64,000 nucleotides of DNA. Source: Zancudomyces culisetae HAW-14-8. Taxonomy: Eukaryota; Fungi; Kickxellomycota. Under the pieces are notes generated by a model that was not told the origin of the DNA, ran no database searches, and saw only the letters and a program-made list of their open reading frames with translations. Position numbers and translations under genes: made by a program. The stretch lies in contig JBNJNM010000006.1 of the NCBI GenBank assembly GCA_052426225.1, forward strand, positions 1-64,000, given 5' to 3'. Below, one piece after another: positions 11,561 to 24,500 of this stretch (position 1 is its first letter; each line of letters opens with the position of its first letter).

Positions 11561-14357
11561 TGAGGGTCTAAGCCCTTAAGTATTCAAATATTTTTGCTTT
11601 ATTCATATAATAGTTTAGTTTTATTTTGGCTTTTACTTTACTCAAATTTTTTAGCATCTAATTTAAATTATTAATTATCATTTAAATTGAATATAAATGT
11701 AAATAATAGCACTCAGGCGATACAATAAAATAATTAATTAATAACCACTGTTGCTTGATAAAGCTAAATATCCTGTAGCTGATGCCACTTCGATCAAAAC
11801 CTTATTGTTGGTTCTAAAACAGTGATATTACCATTTTTCTTAATTACAAGAATATGATGGATATATAGCATTGTTAATATCATTATCAATATTATATATT
11901 ATTTTTTGTAATATATCTTATTATGTTTAATTATACTTCTTCAAATATTAAAATGTAAGGGTACAAATGTTCTAATATTGTATGTTTTTTTATTTATTTA
12001 ACACATTTTACAATGAAGCGGGAGAGTTCCTCATACATTTAATAAATCTAATAAACAGTAATATTTGCTTCTACAAGATAGAAAACAAATATCTGCAGTA
12101 TATTATAAAAATTATTTGTAGATCGATAATACTATCAAGTTGGTTAAAAAATCTATAATAAAATGTTTTAAATAGATATTTACTACCAAATTAATTGTGA
12201 CCTTCCATCGTTTACTCGCTATACGACACTTAAGAACATTAATATACCTAAAACATCTGATATTTAATTTACAGACTACATTAAATCTACTTTTACATAA
12301 AAACTTATGATTTTGACTTTAAACTCCATGATCTACGCCTATCATTGAAGAAAGAAGTCTTATGGACCTAATGTTCTATGATCTCAGACAAATTGACATC
12401 CAAGCTCCATTTTCTGCTAGATATCTATGTATTTATGCTTTCAAGTGTAATAAATGGATTTTTGGGTCAAAGACCACTTCTTCCTACTCTGACAATTTTA
12501 CTGCCAATAACCCAAGATGCAACACATGGGACTTTTAATCAACACAACTATATATTTCGAGGAATGTTTTGGACTACTACTCTGCAGTTTCTGCTTTTTA
12601 GGGATAAATATCCCAGATATTTAAAAAACTTTTACTATTATCAAGTAACACTGAAGATATTTAAATTTGAATTAGTTTATTTAATGATTTTTAATATATT
12701 TAAACAAGTGATAACTTATCAGGGATAATTAAAAGAATAGATTAATATTTAGACTTACAAATTATTTCGGAAGGCGAAGAGAGTCAGAAGGTCAGAGTAT
12801 TAGGTTGTACAATTGCAACAGAGGTTGGCACAAATATCAAAGTTGTCATCTAACAGTGTCATTGATTGTCTGGTATAGTTTTCGAATCGTTTACTGATTA
12901 ATTCAACAGTCGCCAACCATTATTAGATTTGGTCTTCAATCGAAAAAATTTACTCGATCCTCGAACTGAATTTTTTTTCCACTCATTCGTACAAACGGTC
13001 TGATTTCAGTTTGCTCTACAATCTCCTCTAAGATTACCATCGATCCCAACTCAATTTGCCTTCGTGTATTCCTTGTTGTAAGATTGTGAAGGAATTACAG
13101 AAGAATATTTTTTATTTCTTAATATTTAATTAAGTACACTCTGAAGGCAAGGTAAGCGTATCTTTCAAACGAAATTCAGTTATAATCTGCTTAATTTTTA
13201 TGTAAAGCTATAAATGAAAGAGTAGAACTATACGCTTGATACCCACCTTCCACTTCATGTACCACTAAAAATTCAGCTTCTAGTCAGTTGAAATTGATGA
13301 TAATCCAGCAGCTTGACTTTGTATGGTGTCGATTTAGAAATGTGTACTCTAAGCAATTTATTTTGTAAAAAAATTTATTCCACTATCAAATGCCAAAAAT
13401 TAAAAAAATTTTGGGTCATTTTATTGGGTATTTATGCAAGATTTAAAATGGTACACACACATCAAGCATTTTTTTACCACATTGTGCAATTATAATAGGT
13501 ATTCATATATTTAAAGAATCCATAAATGTGTCACTCCAACAATTTATAAATCTTCAGCAATTTCCCAATTCATCAATTCTCTATCAAATACCTACTAGGT
13601 AAAAAAATATAATATCAACTTCCGACAAAACGGATTCTTACCTTTTTAGAAAAAGATTACAATTTTTCTAACATACAAACTCGATGAACAGATTTTTCAT
13701 TTAGTTACATTTTCTTGATTAGTGTTTCTTTCAATTTAATTTATTCTGTTTTTGGTAATATATAATAACTGTAAAAAAAAAGATTATCATCACAAGTCAT
13801 GGCTAGCAAATGAATAAGCCACTACCAACTTTTGAATGGCCTCAATGCTAACAGTTGCGACTTTTTTTGATTGATTAAAGTTAATAAATAAACTCTTGTA
13901 ATACCATGCTGACATGTCCACATTTTTTTCATGAAACCATGAATATGAGATTTCTTTGGTGTCGGTGTGTCAGGTCATAAGCAAATTAAGGAACAAAGAC
14001 CTATCAAAACCACCATGAATTTTATGAATGGTAGTGTGTTTGTCAATGATACACATTTTGGAACGAAGTTTTTTTTTACTAGTAGATCGATTGAGTCAAA
14101 TACACAGATCCAGAACAAAATGCAATCTATTATAATTATACCAATTTGATTTGTTTTCTGTAAATTTGCCGCTATATAAGCTTTAATACAAAATAACACC
14201 GTAGGATTTATTTTTAAAGAAATGAGAATCCTGAAGAGTTACTTTTTATCTAATATTTCGATAAATTACCTCTTAAACTCGGCAATACTAGACCACTCTA
14301 GCAAGCTCAAATAATGCGTTGCGAAGCCAGAACTACAGTTATAATATAGTAAGACCA

Positions 14358-16505
14358 ATGGCTCCAGAAAAACCAATGATCCGGAAGAGTAGGATGATGA
14401 CCATCAACAAGGTCACTGACCTTGTTGCTAGCGTAGAGACCAAAGCTACAGAGATACATACCACTTTATGCAACAGTAAACGATTTAAACTGGAAAACAG
14501 TAGTTCAGAGGTTAACGCTGATAAGATTTACGAGAAAATATATGAATACGTGCTGATAAAAAAAATAGATAACAGAAATTTTAGTTATGAAGCCTACTAC
14601 GATGAAATCATAAAAACACACATGATAAATCTGGTGAACTTCATGGTAGAAACCACAAAGATTTGTATCTTTGCAACACCAAATCTAATGATACCCGTTA
14701 GAGTACCCATGCTGATAGAAAATATCAAAAATTTGAGACTTCCTAGATACATGATTTACACAATATTGATTCTTGGAACACAACTACTGCCAGAATCCAG
14801 AGTAACAATATTTCTGAGTGCTAAAAAAGTGGGAGAAATGGTCAATTATGTGCGCAAAGTGCTTGAAGATAGACAAAATAAATTCAAAATGAACCACTTG
14901 TGGTGTCTCCAAGCTTTGCTTGAACATAAAACCTGTAGTAGGTTTAGTCATGCTGTACATATAGATCAAATGAAATGTTACAGCGCATGTATCATGCTTG
15001 GATTGCACAAAGTTGATTCAAGTGCTTATTTCGGATTACAGCAGTCCAAGCAGAAACAGGATGTAATGGAGTTTAAGCGGAGGATGTTTTGGATGGTATA
15101 TCTTAACAACAGCATTCAAGCAGGAATAGTCAAATTTGCTATATACTGTGGTTTTTTTAAAAGTGCAAATAAACTCCCAAAAAACGACTATGAATGGAGA
15201 AATGGGATTGAATATAAAACCTCAACACTTATACTAGTGGAAAATCGACAACTAATCAGGACCAGCGAAAGCAGAAGGGTAAACCCGGATATTACAAAAA
15301 TGAGGTGTATAGTATTTGGTATGCATAACAAAATTTGTGCTTTTCAAAACCAAAGAAGCTATATGATTAAACGGGACTATCAACTTGACTTTAAAAGGTA
15401 CACGAATCTTTCAAAGCAACTGAATGATATTTTAAAAATGCTCGAAAGGTATACTTTTGACACACTTAAAAAACTTCAGTTATGTGAGAACGCAAACTTT
15501 CTTATAATCGATGAAGCCACTGTCAAAAATCTGATATTCCAGCTGTGGAGCTTGCGCCTTGCTTTGATAAATGCAGCCGTTTATTTGTGTATGACTGAAA
15601 TATTATTTCTAAAACATTTTTATGATGAACCCTGGCGCGTTCCGGTGGCAAAGATGCTATGTATTGACTACTCTCTTGAAGGTATAAGGGTTTTGAAATG
15701 GGGTTATGCTAATATTCCAACACAGTATATGGATTTGAATTTTCCTTTTTTGGTTTTTTGGATATCACTGACACTAATTAATGCAGCCTATATTATAGAT
15801 CATTCAAAGTACAAGGATATTATCGAAAGTAGAGATTTTATTCTAATGCTATTACAAAAATTCGAACCAAAATTTCCGAATAGAGGAATATTCCAAGAAT
15901 TTTTTACGCAAATAAGTAAAATAAAACAGCATTGTTACAACACCAACAGAATGGTTAGACCTGTGCCCAGCATTATTTTAAACAGTGCAATAACTGAGAA
16001 AGATATGAATCCTTGGATTATTTTAGGTCATCATTCAACTGTGGGAAACAGGTGTTGTCTTTCATCAAACAACACCGCCGTTTTACGTGTATTATCGCTG
16101 ACATACTACATGGATTTTCCTAGTACACCTGTAGATTTTGTCGATCACGAGAATTATACGAATTTAGTGCAATCAGTCAACATTTCTTTGAATTTTATTT
16201 ATCAAAAACCCAAACTTTACTTGAGAAAGAAAGGCCAGGACAAACGCAAACTATCAAATAACACCAACATTTTACTAGGGAGATATGATAATATTGGTAC
16301 AAATAACTTAAATACGTTAAATATTTGTAAACCACCAGATTATTATTCATGGTCAAAGCGGAGTACTAGAGCGTCAATCAAATCGCTGTTTATATTTTTT
16401 TCATTTGAGTATGAACTAGCAGAGATGGAATTGGATATACTTTGTGTCAATGAACCCAAAAACGTTTACTTTCAAACATTTATGACGCGTGCTCAGTGTA
16501 ATTAG
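14358..16505 (+). CDS. Fungal-specific transcription-factor (middle homology region) domain protein, no Zn2Cys6 cluster visible
   Basis: Long ORF (open from 14292, first ATG 14358) with LGLHKVD...EFKRRMFWMVY...LP motif; paralog of 39803-41872. Confidence 0.8.
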   Translation: MAPEKPMIRKSRMMTINKVTDLVASVETKATEIHTTLCNSKRFKLENSSSEVNADKIYEKIYEYVLIKKIDNRNFSYEAYYDEIIKTHMINLVNFMVETTKICIFATPNLMIPVRVPMLIENIKNLRLPRYMIYTILILGTQLLPESRVTIFLSAKKVGEMVNYVRKVLEDRQNKFKMNHLWCLQALLEHKTCSRFSHAVHIDQMKCYSACIMLGLHKVDSSAYFGLQQSKQKQDVMEFKRRMFWMVYLNNSIQAGIVKFAIYCGFFKSANKLPKNDYEWRNGIEYKTSTLILVENRQLIRTSESRRVNPDITKMRCIVFGMHNKICAFQNQRSYMIKRDYQLDFKRYTNLSKQLNDILKMLERYTFDTLKKLQLCENANFLIIDEATVKNLIFQLWSLRLALINAAVYLCMTEILFLKHFYDEPWRVPVAKMLCIDYSLEGIRVLKWGYANIPTQYMDLNFPFLVFWISLTLINAAYIIDHSKYKDIIESRDFILMLLQKFEPKFPNRGIFQEFFTQISKIKQHCYNTNRMVRPVPSIILNSAITEKDMNPWIILGHHSTVGNRCCLSSNNTAVLRVLSLTYYMDFPSTPVDFVDHENYTNLVQSVNISLNFIYQKPKLYLRKKGQDKRKLSNNTNILLGRYDNIGTNNLNTLNICKPPDYYSWSKRSTRASIKSLFIFFSFEYELAEMELDILCVNEPKNVYFQTFMTRAQCN

Positions 16506-18166
16506 TGAATGTTGTCATGTTTGTCTTAATAACAAGTAGCGGATATTATTTATTTAATTTTATAGCATATGAAGGTAGTACTTTTGGTTGAGATAAATTT
16601 TATTATAAGGTATTGATAAATGGATTGTTAAATAATTTGAAACTAAGATCCCAAACATCTTCATACGATGCTAGTACTACCTATAGATACACAGTAGGAA
16701 AATGTTGTTTTAAATTCGCTATTAAAGCGTATTTTGCATAATATTTACAGATTTTAGCTTGGAAAAATTGAAGTAGTAATGAATTTTCACTGTTTTAAAA
16801 CAAAAGCACTACTGATATAATTCACAATCGAGCTATCAAATAAACACTACAAAAAAACAACCCTACAAAATATCTACCTGAAAATCACTTTTATATCAAC
16901 CTATAAACTTTGTACCCACCATATTCCGATTGAAAGTATCATAAAACAAATAAAACTGTTGTAAATCATAACCCCATCACACATTGTAACTCGTTTCAGG
17001 TTATAGAAAGCATTAACAGAGCAAAGTATTATTGCTCTAGTTATTTTTAATATGTAAACCAAAACTCGACTTTCATCAGAGTTAGAGATGTATCAGCGCA
17101 CAAAATTACATAGGGCAACCTGATAAGCTAAGCAAAAAAAAATTAGCAAAAGTAAGTTGGCTGATTATTATTGTTTCAAAAAGTATTGGCAAGTTAAAAA
17201 TAATATAACTTTACAGAGAATATTCAGGTGCTCATATACAATATACAATCCGATATGAAACCAAAAAACCACATCAAATCCAGAAATTAAAACGAATAAC
17301 CTCGTAATATTCTCAACTTTTTATGCTTTCTAATCCTCACAACACCCTTTCGAAGCATCTCGTTAATAGATGAAATAATTACTCGTACTGAGTAAACTAC
17401 ATTGAATCATCTTTTCAATATAAATGTAAGGTATGGACTTTATCACCAGTTATTTTATAGACACTTGAGTGCTGAGTCCCATTTAAATTGCAAATCCTTG
17501 TAAAACCAGCACCAGCAACAATATGATTCTTTTTCTTTATTTCATTTTACGTAATTAAACCCGAGAGATTAATCACATGTGCATTAATTTTATTCAAAGT
17601 ATAAATAGTGCAATCCATTAGTTGAATTAACCATATTTTCATTCCATTTCCTGTTGATATGGCATTTGGTTAAAACTAATCCAAGTAAATACGAATTTTT
17701 AATAATATTAACATAATACTGATCAATATTCTGTGTTAATATTGAAATAAGAACAGGCAAATGTTAAGAACTAGATAACATTGATGTAAACAGCACAATG
17801 CAAGAAATTGATAAAAAATTTGGCGAGCACTGGCACTTATTATCGAAATTTTGGAACTTGGTGTCAAACTAAATCCATTCTAATCAAATTAAAAAAGTCT
17901 AACTTTTTGGATGAAGGAAACAAGGTATGGTGATATATGTACTGTATTCATCAGTTTTGTGTAGGTAAATACATAAAAAGTATAAAACTTGTAAAAACAA
18001 CTCTTTAAAAAGCTCAAAGCGTTTATTTAATTGCTAATAGTTTGAGGTGCTATTTATTAGAATAATTTTAATGAGATGAAAAGAAACAAACTCAGAAAAA
18101 ATAAAACAGATTTATAAAAACCCATTCGGTATTTCAATTCTAGAAATAATTAAGAACTAATATGTA

Positions 18167-18635
18167 ATGAAGATAAACACAATTAACAGTTATTTTTTCT
18201 TTGCATTCATAAACTCTTCAGTATTAGCTAAACAATCTATAAAAAAAGAGAAATTCGCAACATTGAAAAAGTCCACAAAAGAGAAGCAGCAAGGCTATTC
18301 CGCAAACAACCCGCTGACCGTACTATAATCATCCCTGACTTTATAGTCGATAATTTGCCTATTATTGGTACCTAAATCTCAAAATTTAAAGTAGCTGTCA
18401 CACAATAAACCCAACTACAGTTCTAGAATTGACAATGCCAAGAGTCGTGACAATAGATGGATCCACATCTACAACCTCCTCAGCATCAACCACACCCACT
18501 CCTGTCTCAACTTTGAGTCAATTATTTTGTACTGGACTATCTTGGAGTACCAATAGTGCCCACTTTAAACAAATTCAGCGCTATACAACATACCGCAATC
18601 GACAACTAGAATATGATAAATCTAAGTGTTTATAG
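18167..18635 (+). pseudogene. Probable pseudogene of a secreted Ser/Thr-rich protein
   Basis: MKINTINSYFFFAFINSSVLAKQS is signal-like (compare SSALSKQT in 44362-47124). A shifted frame after the A-run at ~18241 reads KREIRNIEKVHKREAARL; later RVVTIDGSTSTTSSASTTPTP. TATA motif at 17976. Confidence 0.5.
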
Positions 18636-20013
18636 AAAAATTGATTGCAGCGACTTAAATTAACCGCTCTCCTAAGTATTATTTCAGTTTTATAAAGATA
18701 CATATTTGATTTATATTCCCAACACAATTTTAATTGTTTTTAGTAAATGCATAATATATTCACACTACATTGATGTAAAAATACATATTGCATATAGCCA
18801 CATCTATTTCCAAAAAAAATATTTATGGATTGTTTTAGCTGTTGTTATGCCTATAAGCTCTGAACATATACTGTGATAAAATAGCTATTTACTAATATTT
18901 ATACAATATTTATAAATTGTACCCACTAACAAAGTGTTGTGGCTATGACATTTATTATTCTTTATTTTGATAAATACACTTTACTCTTTCTGCTATTGCT
19001 GTCTTTTTGGTTCGATTTTTTAATGAAAGATAGCTGGAATATAGATTCTGATTTACATCACATGTTTCCAACTAAGCTAAAATACCCAACAATAAAACAA
19101 TACACAAACTTTGATACATTTTGTTTAGTTGTATAATAATGTTTATTTGTGCCATTAGTATATACCAATATTCACTAGTGCAATCTAAAAAAGTAAATAT
19201 GCTTACCTAGTATGATAAAATTTGAAACGCTGCTTCATTCTCACTATTTTACTTATTTTAGACAATTTGTAATCATTGGGAAGAGGTGATCTTATGGTCA
19301 TTTACATTAGGTTAATCACAGTATTTTTATTATTTTCCGTCTACAACAATTATTTCTCACTATAAAAATGAAGAGTGAAAGTAAAGAATATTAAGTTCAT
19401 TAATTTAATAGGATCGGGTCTACTCTATTTGGTTTAGATAATTTTAAACATTTTCTAAGAATAGATTGACTTTAAATACTATTTTTAGTTCAATTTATTT
19501 TGTTCACTAAATCACCGTTAAATCGATATGTTATTTGCTCTGGATAAATTTCATTAGGATGAATTAGATTACCAATAATCCATAACTGGTTGTAGCACGG
19601 GTATGATTATACTTTGGTATTTGTGAATCAAAAGTCAAAATAAAATAAAATATAGACTTTGGTTTGTGTTATGTAAGAATTACAAAATACCTCTAGCGTA
19701 TTTGTTAAGCTCGCGTTTTACTTTACCATAAATCAAGTAAACACAATTATCGAACACAAATTAATATTGTTTGCTCTTTGTGCTCTGACACTTACTATAA
19801 AATAATATTTTTTTAAAATATTAGAGTTACGGTTAATGTATATTACAAACCCTGTTTCTCTAAAATTACACCTGCTTTCTAAATTTAGCCCTATATTCAT
19901 TTCCAATATTCTTTACGGTTCTAAAATTAGACTATTCTGGAATTCTTTAAAGATAATATAGGAAATCCGTGAATTGCGATTAAAGAGTAAAGTAGATTAA
20001 AAATGCGAATAGA

Positions 20014-20024
20014 AAAAGTATAAA
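20014..20024 (+). promoter_or_regulatory. Extended TATA box AAAAGTATAAA (also 17976-17986 +, 26023-26033 +, 21688-21698 -)
   Basis: Identical 11-mer in sense orientation about 100-190 nt upstream of four neighbouring secreted-protein ATGs. Confidence 0.7.
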
Positions 20025-20175
20025 ATGGGTCAAGATATCACTGCCAAAATAAAAAATCATCAACAGTTGAAGATTCTTCAAGTGACAATTTAAAGCATAA
20101 TTACAATCATTTGTATTAAAATATTGCATTAGCAATCAGCTACACACAACGCTCATTTTAAACTAGATATCAAAA

Positions 20176-20580
20176 ATGGTAAAGTCAACACTCGCACTCT
20201 TCACTGCCGCAGTTGCCACAGTATCAGTAAATGCTGCATCCGCTCCAAGACCAAGAGCAAATGTCGGACCTATGCAACCACCAATGGGACAGGTCCAGGA
20301 CTTTGGAAGATATGCTCCACCATCTCGCCCTGCCTTTAATAAACGCTTCGCTGCACCAGCCTATCGCAAGCGTGCTGACGAGGAGGAGGAAGTTGCACCA
20401 GCTGACGATGATTCTGCTCAAACTGTTGATCCTTCAGCAGAAGGTGGTGATGCAGGAAATGGAACCGATGATCGTTGGTGGTACGGATACTACGGCTACC
20501 CATACTATGGCGGATACTACGGATATCCATCGTATGGTTACGGTTACAGATACCCATACTATGGTGGATACTACTACTAA
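20176..20580 (+). CDS. Secreted precursor: signal peptide, KR sites, acidic spacer, Tyr/Gly-rich C-terminal peptide
   Basis: Hydrophobic N-terminus, NKR and RKR dibasic sites, DEEEE spacer, last 34 aa contain 18 Tyr and 9 Gly; GC-richer than flanks; AAAAATG start context. Confidence 0.9.
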   Translation: MVKSTLALFTAAVATVSVNAASAPRPRANVGPMQPPMGQVQDFGRYAPPSRPAFNKRFAAPAYRKRADEEEEVAPADDDSAQTVDPSAEGGDAGNGTDDRWWYGYYGYPYYGGYYGYPSYGYGYRYPYYGGYYY

Positions 20581-21181
20581 CTTGCCAGTCTTTAAAACTT
20601 TATTGGTTTTAGTCGTTACTTTAACTCATTCTAAGGGTCTTTATATATTATTTAAATAAATATATATCGAACAATATACATGAAGATACATAAGTTGCTG
20701 CATGAATCGATTATAAATTCAGATTAGCACTTAAATAGCAATTAAATTACCAGTATCTAATTTATTCTGTTTACTAAATTAGTAATATTACCATTGGTAA
20801 AGTACACATAGTTTATTAAGATAATTGGCTTTGATCTACCTAAGGCAGAAAATACATCATCTGATCAATTACCAGTGAGTATGCTGTCTCTAGACTTGTG
20901 GAAACAGACTTTTCATATTATGTTTTAAGAAATTTTTTACCTACTATCTTTTTAATGTTTGTGTACTTGTGACATTAAATTATACTATCAACTAAAATAT
21001 ACGTAAATACTAAAAGTATGGATCATTTTGGTTTCGCTTTAAAGTAGAATATTGTAATTTATTTATGCAAAGATTGGATACTTTAATTAATCTCAGCTTT
21101 TTAAGGCTAGAAAAATGATATTACAGTCTACTAAACTTGACTCTAAGGTGATTTATTATTAGTTAAAAGGTGTATTAAAGA

Positions 21182-21577
21182 TTACTCGTTGGGGGCAGTA
21201 CCCATTGACACCCATTTAATTGAAAGTGGACCAGACTTGAGATCTTCTGGGAAATTCCACATACCAGTTTGTAAAAACCTGGTATTTACTGTACACACAC
21301 CTCTACAGTCGTTTTCTCTGCATACCAACATTCCTCCTGATCTATTCGTGGGATTAAGAAATTGCGCTGAGGTGCCCTGTTCAATGTTATAACACTTGTG
21401 TTTTCTCATTTGGAAGTCGTTTATTACATCTCCTGAAAAGCGGTAGCCTGAGAATACTTTAACGTGTAAGGTTGGTCGAGAGGACCCATGGTGGTGATGA
21501 TGGCAATGGCCCGATACTAGCAGGGTTTGAGTAGCTGATAGAAGCTGGATGACCAATGTATAACTTGAAACGCGCAT
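21182..21577 (-). CDS. Small secreted Cys-containing protein with His tract
   Basis: Signal-like N-terminus, HCHHHHH, KCY and C-x4-C-x-G-x-C; paralog of 26131-26610. Confidence 0.85.
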   Translation of the reverse strand: MRVSSYTLVIQLLSATQTLLVSGHCHHHHHGSSRPTLHVKVFSGYRFSGDVINDFQMRKHKCYNIEQGTSAQFLNPTNRSGGMLVCRENDCRGVCTVNTRFLQTGMWNFPEDLKSGPLSIKWVSMGTAPNE

Positions 21578-24500
21578 TTTTAGAGGTTTTCTTTATAAGT
21601 AAGCAAGTTGGCTTTTTCTATTCTATTTTATTTTAGTCTAGTCTAGTTGAGGTTCAAAATACAAATTTAAGAGTGTATCTAGTACTATTTATACTTTTTT
21701 GAAACTAAACACAAACGGGTCGTTGTAAAAATCTTATTTAAATTACTTGATTAAAAACATACTGTTTTACATGAAAAATAGCTAAAGTAAGGACTTAAAT
21801 CTGAGCGAGCCTGAGAATCTAGTATTCATATTTCAATACTTAAGAAATACATTTGTTTACTCTAATAATTAATTTAATTATGGATAAGCAAAAAATACTA
21901 GATCTAAAGACGAGACTGAAAAATCAATAATAAAAGTACGGTATTAATAAAAAGTCCAGTAAAATAGTTGAAATAGCCCCTGAACCAGTGCTATAATATT
22001 CCATTAAATACTAACATCTCAAGGTAAACAATTTCGTTAATCCAATTTGAAATTTCTTGGCCAAGTCCAGAATGAGAGATATTAGGATATTTTAATGAGG
22101 AGTTACATTTCTGAACTTGTAGTAATTGTAGCTCAAAAATAAGCTAAAATTCTATTGGTTTGGCATTAAAAATTTTACGCTGAGGAATATAAATGATATA
22201 ACTAGGATTTCATTGTTCCTAGTGATGTGAAAATGTAGATCAATTTTAAATATTATATCACCGTCCTAGACAGTGTGGTAGCCAAACAGTGTACATGTCT
22301 TAAATTGAAAGTTTAATTAAACCTATGCTTCAATATTATCTGCTTTGAATAATATTTGGCTATCGCGTTTTCTGGATTTGAAAGAAAATATGAAATTTCT
22401 ATTCTTTTGAATTCTATAGTAAAGAGGATCGGCTGAACATGATCTAGTATCCTTAGGAACTTTAAAAGTTACTGCTTTTTGTATGTGATTAGTCTATAAA
22501 ACCTATATTTGAGCACAGTTTTTCAATAAAGTATTTTTATATGTTTTTAACTATGGTTAGTAAGAAAAATTAAAAGCTGGAGATACGAATATCCTGGTGC
22601 ATTTCAAAATGATTCTATATTTTAATTTATTTTAATAATATGGTTTTTCATAATTAATAGAAACTAAAGTTTAGACTTGATTGGTACATACAATTATTAA
22701 AATGAGTGGTGTGACTATCAAAACATGTTCTGGAATAGCCAAAATTAAATGATTACTCGATCCAGCTATCGTTTATGTCGTATTAACACTGACAGGATAA
22801 TTTACTAATTTTATGATATTTAGTCTAAGTGTAATTATAGTAATGTACTGTTCTATAGCTTTTTCATATTATACTAGATTTATTTCTCATGCTCCCATAC
22901 AGCCAAGTAAGTGAAAAGTAATTATTTCTTGTTGAGTGATAGCTAAATTTGAATTCAGTAATCTATCTACTTTATTTTCTGTTTTTTAACTCATAAGGAA
23001 TAAACAGTAAACGATTGAATATAATATTTATACCAATTTTATTTCAAAAAAATCTTTAATAAACTATAAAAGTAATCAGAGTAGATTGAACATACGTTTG
23101 TATGTCAAACCACAAAAGAAATTAGTAAGATTTGAGAAATGCATTTTATGTATTTGGAAAATAACTATTTGCAAACTATATTTTACTCAGTACCGAATTT
23201 ACAACCAACGAATCATTAGAACTTTAATTTTAAATTTTTAGAGTCTGAAAGTGTACATTGATGTTATATTCATTTATTAAATTTAACTATTAATACTAGA
23301 TTAGTAAGTTTTAACGCTATAAATAGAAATATTTTTGATAATAATTTATCTTACTAAAAAAAATGACTTTAATTTTCCATTTGTACTTCAACCGTTTATG
23401 TGAAATTGCAAACTCAAACAAATGTTTAATTCTAAAAATGTTTATATATCGGTTTAAAACCTGTATTCAATTTATAGTAAGTTAAATTAATAAGATTACT
23501 AAAAAATCAATTAATATACATCGAGATATCATTTCCGAAATTTATGAAAGTCAGCAATGACATACATGGTTAAATAAAATTATGATGAAATTAGATTTCC
23601 TTGTTTTCAAGTATAAATGTATGTGATACTCGTTTTTGAAAATAAAGTTTAGTCTCGGCACAAATACTCCCGACTGGTGTATAGAAGGTTTGATCCAATC
23701 CTCGTCTTAAAAGATTATTATAATCATTATATATCTTTTTTTAAATTGGGTATCCCGCTAAGTATAAAAAAACTATAAGTGATATCTTGTTGCTCAAGTA
23801 AACAGAAAATTCTTTTTTCACCAACTCTATTTAATACCAGCCAAATTGTAAATGTAAATGTATTTAATTAATACTGATTATTTTGAATTTAAAATCACAC
23901 ATAGGTTTACATTTTGTCTCGTTTAAATAATGAGGAATCCAAAGCGAAGGCTATGTGATAAGGTATTTCATTTCTTGCTCCAACTGGAGATAAAACTAGT
24001 AATACAATATATCCAAAAATCTTGAACATTTTATAGTTTGAATTTCAAAAACAACAACAACAATGTGTATACTGATGAATATGGTTACGTGTGTTTACTG
24101 ATGTGTTTTAAATAGTTTTTTGTTTTATACACACACATATACCAAAACACATTATTCACGGTATTTTTAAGTTTTAATTTTACACCCTTTTGACCTACTC
24201 TTCTTTGAAATCCAATATATAATATTCAATATAATGTGTTTTTGGATATACAATATTTTTGAATCTTCTTTAAAGATATAAGAGAGAAAGTAGAATGCGA
24301 GTATATGATTTAGATGTATTGAAAAGCCTACAAAAAGTATAGCTTTAATTAGTATTTTTCAGTATTTGTATTTTATAACTGAAATAGCTTGTGATCAATT
24401 GCAAAGTACAAAGCATTTGGATAACTAGAATTTTTTGTTGAAAATAATATTTTTACGATACAGGATGATATAGTGAAAATAGACAATGCTATTTTGTTAA

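Noticed and set aside
12760-12860. IRLYNCNRGWHKYQSC, a possible decayed zinc knuckle
   Set aside because: First Cys missing and no supporting neighbouring motifs.
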